The notes under the pieces were generated by a model, which saw nothing but the letters and a program-made list of their open reading frames with translations, had not been told where the DNA came from and did no database searches. From positions 2,223,611-2,287,610 of the forward strand of contig OY760135.1 of the NCBI GenBank assembly GCA_963663185.1: 64,000 nucleotides of DNA, read 5' to 3'. The position numbers were made by a program, and so were the translations under genes. This document shows, in pieces, positions 57,184-64,000 of this stretch. The stretch comes from Dehalococcoidia bacterium (GTDB lineage: Bacteria; Chloroflexota; Dehalococcoidia; Bin125). Within the stretch, counting starts at the first letter, position 1. Each line of letters opens with the position of its first letter.

Positions 57184-58005
57184 ATGACGTTGCTGCCGAT
57201 GGCCACCAGAATCCGCCTCAAGCTCCGCCCGCAACGAGCGAGCATCATTCTGCCCAATGTCGCCGCGGCGGCGTTGCTCGCTGCTCTCAGCATGGACTCC
57301 GGTCAGGCCGACGCCCAGGAGTCCCCTTCCAATCCGTACGACGGTCTTCCACCAATCTCGATGAGCGTCTTCCTTGACGTCCTTGAACGGCAGGGCTCCC
57401 TAACAAAGACCACTGCAGCTCCGAGCGGCGAATGCTCGCTCTTTCTTACCCTGACACATGATTCTCGGGGTGCAGCCACCCTGCCTGCTAACACAACCAC
57501 TGTTCCTGTCACATGCACAGTATCGGCAAGTCCCACGCCGCAAGAACCACGAGGGACCATGGTTGGAGTCGCGACCACCGGAAACTGTGAGGCCGTAACT
57601 ATAGTGTTCAAGGATGATATTAGCCCGAGATCTTCGACCGACACTTCTGGCGGGAACGGTGCAGGTGGTATGAACGGCGAGGAATATCTACAACGGCGCA
57701 CTATCAAAGCGAAGATTAAGGTAATTGATTTGATTAGCCTGAACATCATCAGGGATGCTACGACTCTGAGCTGGAGCTACTCAAGTATCCGTGTATCCGA
57801 GGGTCACGCTGCGTGGGAACGGTCGCACAGCCGGTACTGGGATGAACCCACGGTTACGGAACAGCTGATAACCACGTCCCCAGTTCAGTACACTGCCTAT
57901 TCAAGTGCGATTTGGCACTCAGATGGATTGTTCTTCGACGATTCTCCCGACGTAGACATCGTCACGAGGGCCACGGCATTCGGATTCGCTGATGGTAGAG
58001 GATAG
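57184..58005 (+). CDS. Secreted hypothetical protein in a low-GC islet
   Basis: Start at MTLLPMATRIRLKLRPQRASIILPNVAAAALLAALSMDSGQADA (signal peptide). Four Cys. No recognised motif. Confidence 0.5.
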   Translation: MTLLPMATRIRLKLRPQRASIILPNVAAAALLAALSMDSGQADAQESPSNPYDGLPPISMSVFLDVLERQGSLTKTTAAPSGECSLFLTLTHDSRGAATLPANTTTVPVTCTVSASPTPQEPRGTMVGVATTGNCEAVTIVFKDDISPRSSTDTSGGNGAGGMNGEEYLQRRTIKAKIKVIDLISLNIIRDATTLSWSYSSIRVSEGHAAWERSHSRYWDEPTVTEQLITTSPVQYTAYSSAIWHSDGLFFDDSPDVDIVTRATAFGFADGRG

Positions 58006-58207
58006 TGCAGCTTCCGTATGACGGGAATCGTTGTGCCAAGAGTGTATCACTCATTTGGAACGGACATTGCCAAGGATAGGTGTGACTCGGAGTCGACGCT
58101 CATCGCAACCGCTATCCCTGCGCTGTTAGATAGCAGGTCAATGATAGTGAGTCAATGTGGTTATGGCGACGTGCATCGCAGGTCGCCTCTCGGCTTGGTG
58201 AGTAGCG

Positions 58208-58471
58208 ATGTCTGAAGTGATTCCACTTCGCCGAAAGAGCAGTGGACTTGGCTATCTTCTAGTCCTTCTCGGCGCTGCCATGTTTGCCTTTGGCTGGCTT
58301 GGGTTCTCCATTGTCGCATTTGCCATACTGATTGGGGGCGCAGTCGCGTTCGTCGTTGGACTGTTCCTGCTCAGACCTACAGGATGGACGCTCTTTTGGC
58401 TCGTTCTCGCCGTTGGGTTCGTGACGTTCCCGGTCTGGTTCTTCCTCCTGGTGGCTGCGCTCATCGATTGA
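58208..58471 (+). CDS. Small 3-TM membrane protein, hypothetical
   Basis: 87 aa, three hydrophobic helices. In the same low-GC islet. Confidence 0.4.
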   Translation: MSEVIPLRRKSSGLGYLLVLLGAAMFAFGWLGFSIVAFAILIGGAVAFVVGLFLLRPTGWTLFWLVLAVGFVTFPVWFFLLVAALID

Positions 58472-59762
58472 ATGTCTGGCGCATCACAAACGGCTGCGGC
58501 AACCGACTCGCGATCAGGAAGACCACGCTGCTCCCCAGCGCGCAGCAGGCGTAGATGATCAATACCAGGTCGTAGTTACCGTTCTGGTCGTAGATCGTTC
58601 CCGCGATGATGGGCGAGAAGAAGATGGCGATCGTCTGGAACATGAACGCTGTGCCCATGATCGTCGCGAAGTTGGACAGTCCGAAGGCGCGCGAGATGAT
58701 TAGCGCCTCCAGCGGCGGCGTCGCCGCGAAGCCGATCACGTACAGCACGACGGCGATTGCCACGCCCGGAATCGATCCCTGCGCCACGTACAGCACCACG
58801 AGCGCCGCCGCCACGAACAGCACGCAGATGCTCGCCACCCGCTCCGGCCGACGGAATCGTTCCAACTGCGTGCCCGCCGACAGCAGCCAGATGACCGCTC
58901 CGCCGGCGGTCAGCGACACGATCTGCGCAGCCCACGTCTCCGAAAAGCCGACTGATCGGTAATAGGGCACACCCTGTGACAACCAGCCAAAGATGACGAA
59001 GAAGAACAGCATCAGCCCTCCCACGATCGCCCAGAACAGCGGCGTGCGGATCGCCTCTCGCAGAGTCAGGCCGGGCAGAATCACGGGTTGGGAATCCGAA
59101 GTGGAGCGTTGGCTGGCGAGCTCAGCCTCGCTGGGCCGATCGCGCACGAGCGCAAAAGCGACTACGTAGGCAATCAGCACGAAGATGGCAGAGTAGAGGA
59201 ACGCGTCCCGCCAGCCCAGGCTGGTAATGATGATCTGCACCACGGGCAGCATGATCAGCTGCCCCATCCAGACTGAGGCGCCAATGATGCTGGCCGCGAC
59301 CGCTCGCTTCTCGTCGAACCAACGCACGGCCAACGACTGCGCCGGGATGTAGGCGACCAGCCCCAGGGCGAACGAGGACAGGCCCAGGTAGACGTACCAC
59401 TGCCAGAGCTGCGTCATGAACGCCAGCAGCACGAACGCGACCGCGCAGAGCGGTGCGCCGAGCAGCATCAATCGCCGCGGTCCGACCGAATCCACCAATC
59501 GGCCAATGATCGGCGCGAACAGTCCGACCGCGCCGACCGTGACCGAAAATCCCAACGAAACCTGGGCCCGACTCCAACCGAATCGTTGCTCGAGCGGCTC
59601 AATGTAAGCGCTGAGCGAGCCGAACGTGACGCCCTCGGCGATGATCAAGGCGATCACCATCCCGGTCAGCACCCACCAGCCGTAGTAGACGCGGCTCAGC
59701 CCGAAACGTCCTCTCCGCTTCGTCGCATCAGTCGTCGCTTCAGGCGCGAGCTCAATGGCCAT
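58461..59762 (-). CDS. MFS transporter (12 TMS). Oxalate:formate antiporter family is possible.
   Basis: ...GRLVDSVGPRRLMLLG... MFS motif. An OFA-type assignment is inference only. Confidence 0.8.
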   Translation of the reverse strand: MAIELAPEATTDATKRRGRFGLSRVYYGWWVLTGMVIALIIAEGVTFGSLSAYIEPLEQRFGWSRAQVSLGFSVTVGAVGLFAPIIGRLVDSVGPRRLMLLGAPLCAVAFVLLAFMTQLWQWYVYLGLSSFALGLVAYIPAQSLAVRWFDEKRAVAASIIGASVWMGQLIMLPVVQIIITSLGWRDAFLYSAIFVLIAYVVAFALVRDRPSEAELASQRSTSDSQPVILPGLTLREAIRTPLFWAIVGGLMLFFFVIFGWLSQGVPYYRSVGFSETWAAQIVSLTAGGAVIWLLSAGTQLERFRRPERVASICVLFVAAALVVLYVAQGSIPGVAIAVVLYVIGFAATPPLEALIISRAFGLSNFATIMGTAFMFQTIAIFFSPIIAGTIYDQNGNYDLVLIIYACCALGSSVVFLIASRLPQPFVMRQTFNR

Positions 59763-59865
59763 GCCAGGATGCTACGCCCGATCGACGCCTCGTGACGCCT
59801 CTTGCCGATTTCAGGCGGTATCTTGCAGATGCGCGCCGTGACATGCGCGACACACCGCGCCCAGA

Positions 59866-61044
59866 GTGATCCTGGCGCTCCAGCGAACGGACCGATTGAT
59901 GCCCAGCTCTCCGACCAGCTCTCTAACCAGCGTGTCCACCAGCCCGCTGCCCTGGCCGAATCAGCGCGAACTGCCTGAGGTGTCGCGGCCGCTGCCGACA
60001 GACACCACCGTGATCTCCGCCGACAGCCACTGGCTGGAAACAGGCGAGTTTGTCGACCGGATGCCGGCCAAGTACCGCGACCGTGCGCCGCGCGGCCTGT
60101 TCAACGAGCGCGGCTTCCACATGGAGATCGACGGGCAGTCGACCGATAATCCCGGTATGCCCAGCGAACTGATCGAGGGTCGCGCCGGCATGTGGGACGC
60201 CGGCGTCCGCGTGGACGAAATCACCCGCGAAGGGGTTGACCAGGAGATCCTCTTTCCCCAGCGTATGTTGGGCGTGATCCGCAACGAGGACTTCGACTAC
60301 ATCCAGGCCTGCATGGACGCCTACAACGAGATGCTGGCCGAGTTCTGCGCCGAGCAACCGGGCAGGCTGCACGGGCTGGCGCTGCTCAACTACTGGAATC
60401 CTGACGCGACCGAGGACGAGCTGCAGAAGATCAAGGCGCTCGGCTTCAAGGGCGTGCTGATGCCCTCGCTGCCGCCGCCGCACGCCAAGGTCTACTACAA
60501 CGCCCGCGCCCTCGAACCGATGTGGCAGGCGATCGGCGAGTCCGGTCTGCCGCTCAGCTTCCACGTCGGCGAGACGTTCGACGCCCGCGGTCAGGGCGGC
60601 CTGGCCACGACCATCGTGGTCGCGTTCCAGCCCTTCCGCCGCCTCTTCGCGCTGCTGACGTTCGCCGGCATCTTCGAGCGCAATCCTGGACTCAAGGTCA
60701 TCTTCACCGAGGGCGGCATCTCCTGGGTACCCAGCGCGCTGTTCGACTGCGACAAGGTCTACGCCTCGTTCGAGAGCGAGATGACGCCCAAGCTGGCCGA
60801 GCGGCCCAGCCACTACTGGTTCGAGAACTGCTACGCGACCTTCATCGAGGACCCCAGCGGCCTGCGCCAGCTCGACCTGATCGGCGTCGACAACGTGATG
60901 TGGGGCTCAGATTATCCGCACCCGGAAAGCGCCGTCGGCTACACGCAGCAGAGCCTCTGGGACGTTTTCGACGCCACCGACGCGATCGAAGACGCCCAAA
61001 AGATCGTCGGAGGCAACGCCCAACAGCTCTGGGGGCTGGACTGA
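59866..61044 (+). CDS. Amidohydrolase-2 family (ACMSD-like) metal-dependent hydrolase
   Basis: VISADSHW (HxH-equivalent), ...SFHVGE..., ...MWGSDYPH. Confidence 0.8.
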   Translation: MILALQRTDRLMPSSPTSSLTSVSTSPLPWPNQRELPEVSRPLPTDTTVISADSHWLETGEFVDRMPAKYRDRAPRGLFNERGFHMEIDGQSTDNPGMPSELIEGRAGMWDAGVRVDEITREGVDQEILFPQRMLGVIRNEDFDYIQACMDAYNEMLAEFCAEQPGRLHGLALLNYWNPDATEDELQKIKALGFKGVLMPSLPPPHAKVYYNARALEPMWQAIGESGLPLSFHVGETFDARGQGGLATTIVVAFQPFRRLFALLTFAGIFERNPGLKVIFTEGGISWVPSALFDCDKVYASFESEMTPKLAERPSHYWFENCYATFIEDPSGLRQLDLIGVDNVMWGSDYPHPESAVGYTQQSLWDVFDATDAIEDAQKIVGGNAQQLWGLD

Positions 61045-61100
61045 GGAGAACTGCATTGCAAGTGAGATGGACGACAGCGATTTAGTGAAGTGAGCATGGA

Positions 61101-62042
61101 GTGAGCGAATCGCCCCCCGATCCGTGGTTGGAGTTCTCTTTCGATGGACCCGATGGTTCAGCGATAGACGCTCGAGCCGCGGGGCAACTGCTTCTTGACT
61201 TGACAGCGGCGGCAAGGCAGATTGCAGCCGATATTCTGGATTTGCCCGAACCGAAAGGGCCGATGAGTGCAGAAGAACGTGCACTTGCTGCGTTGACGCT
61301 GAAAACCATTGGGCCAGGCAGCATTGCCCGAGTGGAGCTTGCTCCACCTGCGACGGAACCTGCCAGCCAATTGGTCCTTGGTGACGAAGTCGTACTACTA
61401 CCTACGGCAAATCAAGTGATTCATCAACTTGAGCTTGATCTCCTCGAATCGGCGAATGGAGCAATGCCACATAGACCAAAGAGGCGAGAGTCGATTGTGG
61501 CGCTGCAAAAGTCCCTGACGCGTATTGCACCCACAGTTTCCATCGGTGGCACGTATACAGGAGAGTTTAGAAGGCTCGCGGTCTATCGCAGGGAGCCCAA
61601 GGAGAAGACTCCTATCGAGGTGACAGAGCGTCGAGTATATTTCGGCCGCGCAACAATGGCAGACTCCGATCCCGGCCGCCGCAGACTACGAGCGACACTG
61701 TACGACGGCAGGAGGTTCCTGCTGGATGTAGCAGATGACTTCGCTATTCCCCTTTCAGACATCTTCGATCGAGACGTTGAGTTTAGAGTAGTTGACACGA
61801 TTGATGCGGGAGTAGTCGTCAAGAGTACTGTTGACGCAGTCAGACCGCTGGAGCCAGCGGAAGTCGGGATCGACTTCCCTGCGAGAGACTGGCGAAGACT
61901 GGCGAAAGAACAAGGTATCGACTTGGTCGAGCCGCCGGACTATGTCCAATTACTACAGGAGCTGTTTGATTCCGAAAGCGAGATTGACGCGTTCAAGCAT
62001 CACATAGTTGCCTCCAGGGGCGGTTATGAGCCCGATGACTGA
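61101..62042 (+). CDS. Hypothetical 313-aa protein (GTG start), first gene of a low-GC two-gene cassette
   Basis: Intact ORF. No motif recognised. Its stop is overlapped by the start of the PIN gene. Confidence 0.55.
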   Translation: MSESPPDPWLEFSFDGPDGSAIDARAAGQLLLDLTAAARQIAADILDLPEPKGPMSAEERALAALTLKTIGPGSIARVELAPPATEPASQLVLGDEVVLLPTANQVIHQLELDLLESANGAMPHRPKRRESIVALQKSLTRIAPTVSIGGTYTGEFRRLAVYRREPKEKTPIEVTERRVYFGRATMADSDPGRRRLRATLYDGRRFLLDVADDFAIPLSDIFDRDVEFRVVDTIDAGVVVKSTVDAVRPLEPAEVGIDFPARDWRRLAKEQGIDLVEPPDYVQLLQELFDSESEIDAFKHHIVASRGGYEPDD

Positions 62043-62523
62043 TCAACTTCCTTTGTCCATAGATACTAATGTTGTGAGCAGGGTTATAAGTAACCGTGAT
62101 CCGCTGCAGGCGCAGTATGCACAGCGATTGAGTGGCCGTACTCTCGCAGTAACTTACTTCACGCGGGCTGAGTTGGAGTCCGCAGAGTGGACGCCCGAAA
62201 AACAAAATGCTGTCGCCTCATTCTTGGCTCAATGTATCAAACTCGATAACCCGGGCGATGCCACGAGGGTCTGGTTTGCGAGGGCAAAACGAGTCCGTGC
62301 CAGATTGAACTTGGATAAAGGCGCCGAACGGGAGGATCTGTGGATGCTTGCGCAAACCGTGGAGCACCGACTGCCGATCATTAGTCACGATTACAATGCT
62401 GTCCGAGTAGCCAGGGGTCTCGGCGTGGATTGGAGCGCGACCCTGCTCGATCGGGTCAAATTAAGCGACTATTTCGCAGAGGACGATCGCGCTCTGAGTA
62501 AGCGACCATTGCCGTCTGATTAG
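62035..62523 (+). CDS. PIN-domain nuclease (VapC-like toxin fold)
   Basis: MTDQLPLSIDTNVV (D), ...FTRAELES (E), ...EREDLWMLAQT (D), ...PIISHDYN (D). The ATG lies inside the last codons of the upstream gene. Confidence 0.65.
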   Translation: MTDQLPLSIDTNVVSRVISNRDPLQAQYAQRLSGRTLAVTYFTRAELESAEWTPEKQNAVASFLAQCIKLDNPGDATRVWFARAKRVRARLNLDKGAEREDLWMLAQTVEHRLPIISHDYNAVRVARGLGVDWSATLLDRVKLSDYFAEDDRALSKRPLPSD

Positions 62524-62575
62524 ACTAATGCCAGGCATCCTCTTTGGATGCGGAGTGAGACTGGAGTTTGCAACC

Positions 62576-64000
62576 ATGTCCGTCGAACGAATCGAAATCA
62601 TGCACCAGGGTGCCTACGCCGACGGCCAGGCGTTCGGCGATGCCGGCGCCTTTGAGCTGATCCGCGCCCGACTGCGCTACGCCGTCAACCCGACCCTCGA
62701 AGACCACCAGCGCATCACCGACCTCGAACTTGCGCCGCGCGGCTCCGACGGCTGTGTCCGATTCAGCGGCGACCTCGTGCTCATCCGTCCGCAGGATGTC
62801 TCGGCCGGTAACGGAGCGCTGGTGATCGATGTGCCTAACCGCGGGCGCAGCCTGCTGCCCGGCGCCCTCAATCGCACGCCGCCTGAGTACTCGCTAACCG
62901 ACCCGCTGCACCCCGGCGACGGGTTCCTCTTCCGCCACGGATTCAGCGTCGCCTCCGTCGCCTGGCAGTGGAACACGCCGGATATGCCGACCCTGCTGAG
63001 CTTCGGCGCGCCGGAAGCGCTTGGATTCGATGGTCAGCCGATCTCCGGCGAGGCGATCACGGACCTGCGTCCCAGCAAGCGATACGCTTCAATGCCGATC
63101 GAGCATCTCGGCCAACCGGGCTATCCGGTGTCGAGCGACGCAGCCGACAGCGCCCGACTCTACGTGCGTGAGTTCGAAGACGACGAGCCACGCGAGATAC
63201 CGCATGATCGCTGGCGCTTCGCACGCCAGACCGACGACGGGGTCGTCTCCAGCACCCGCGACCTCTGGATCGAGGGCGGGTTCACTCCAGGACGAATCTA
63301 CGAGATCGTCTACCCGACGGAACGTTCGCCGGTCGTCGGAACCGGCTTGCTCGCCTTCCGCGATGCCGCTCTGTTCCTGCGCAACTGGCAGCGGTCGTAC
63401 GAGCGCGTGCATGGATTCGGCATCTCACAGAGCGGACGATTCCTGCGCCACCTGCTCTATCTCGGCCTCAACCGCGACCCCGACGCGCTCACGCAGCGCG
63501 TGTTCGATGGAGTCCATATCCACGTCGCGGGCGGGATCCGCGGCGAGTTCAACCGTCGCTACGGGCAGCCGTCGCAACTCTTCCTGGCCGGACCGATCCA
63601 TGAATTCCCGTTCGCCGACGTTGAACGTGACGATCCGCTCACCGGAGATCGCGACGGGCTGCTCAAGCGCTCAGACGAGCAGGGCGTGACGCCAAAGGTC
63701 GTCAAGACGAACACGAGCTGGGAGTTCTGGCGCGGCGACGCTTCGTTGGTTGATATCGATCCGGCCACGGGCGAGGACATCCCACCACACCCGCAGTCGC
63801 GGCATTACCTGCTAGCCTGCACGCAGCACGGCCCCGGTCAGGCCGAGCCAGTGGACCGCTTCTACCTCACCGACGAGCGCAGTATGTATCGGCACAATGC
63901 TGTCGATCAGACTCCGCTGATGCGAGCCGCGCTGGTCAACCTGGATCGCTGGGCCGCAGGAGAGTCGGAGCCGCCATCCTCAAGCGTCCCGAGCTGCGCG
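62576..64000 (+). CDS. Alpha/beta-hydrolase-like protein with GxSxG (GISQSG). 3' end runs off the window.
   Basis: Open frame from the ATG at 62576 to the window end. Not listed in the ORF track because no stop falls within the window. Confidence 0.5.
   Translation, partial: MSVERIEIMHQGAYADGQAFGDAGAFELIRARLRYAVNPTLEDHQRITDLELAPRGSDGCVRFSGDLVLIRPQDVSAGNGALVIDVPNRGRSLLPGALNRTPPEYSLTDPLHPGDGFLFRHGFSVASVAWQWNTPDMPTLLSFGAPEALGFDGQPISGEAITDLRPSKRYASMPIEHLGQPGYPVSSDAADSARLYVREFEDDEPREIPHDRWRFARQTDDGVVSSTRDLWIEGGFTPGRIYEIVYPTERSPVVGTGLLAFRDAALFLRNWQRSYERVHGFGISQSGRFLRHLLYLGLNRDPDALTQRVFDGVHIHVAGGIRGEFNRRYGQPSQLFLAGPIHEFPFADVERDDPLTGDRDGLLKRSDEQGVTPKVVKTNTSWEFWRGDASLVDIDPATGEDIPPHPQSRHYLLACTQHGPGQAEPVDRFYLTDERSMYRHNAVDQTPLMRAALVNLDRWAAGESEPPSSSVPSCA

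Noticed and set aside
59923-60813. 296-aa minus-strand ORF
   Set aside because: Antisense to the amidohydrolase-2 gene, with no motifs.
61098-62559. 8-bp direct repeat (ggagtgag) flanking the low-GC PIN cassette, as a possible target-site duplication
   Set aside because: Too short to tell from chance, since agtgag-like words recur locally. I mention it only as a weak hint within the cassette finding.
1-64000. CRISPR arrays, tRNA genes and rRNA genes
   Set aside because: I found no regularly spaced direct repeats with unique spacers. The recurrent hairpins are irregularly placed single copies at gene ends. I saw no cloverleaf-like T-arm (GTTCGA) or acceptor patterns, and no rRNA-like conserved stretches.

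Overview
This is a high-GC (about 65-68%) bacterial chromosomal segment, densely coded on both strands. Most of it is housekeeping and catabolic. There are four paralogous family-III (CaiB/BaiF) CoA-transferases, a thiolase/DUF35 pair, an acyl-CoA dehydrogenase, a fused LutB-LutA gene followed by LutC, and a carboxyltransferase. There is a peptide-type ABC uptake operon (binding protein plus two permeases, no ATPase genes), amtB-glnK, and an AddA/AddB helicase-nuclease pair. A tungsten-type aldehyde:ferredoxin oxidoreductase sits with a MoaD-like carrier. Also present are oxalyl-CoA decarboxylase, three F420-linked enzymes (a PPOX-class enzyme, a DDN-family reductase and an LLM oxidoreductase), a DEAD-box helicase and MFS transporters. 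I found no rRNA, tRNA or CRISPR array. The accessory content sits at the edges and in small low-GC islets. (1) An IS5-family element (12-bp terminal inverted repeats, CTAG target-site duplication) has split a vapC (PIN) toxin gene. An intact DUF104-like antitoxin gene lies upstream of it and a translationally coupled PLD(HKD)-SNF2 helicase gene lies downstream, running off the window. (2) There is a candidate selenoprotein of the 'UGSC' type (in-frame TGA, a ...GD-U-GSCSTC motif, and a hairpin 13 nt downstream that could be a SECIS). A conserved unknown gene lies 24 bp upstream. (3) A low-GC two-gene cassette encodes an unknown 313-aa protein and an overlapping PIN-domain nuclease. (4) A lone DUF3800 gene in a lower-GC patch. 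(5) A retropepsin-like aspartic protease gene is broken by a 14-bp tandem duplication. (6) Two tandem paralogous small membrane proteins lie downstream of the AOR-MoaD pair. Two families of GC-rich hairpins (GTCCCCGC...GCGGGGAC and CCCTC...GAGGG) recur at convergent gene ends and within operons. Coordinates derived by hand may be off by 1-2 nt.
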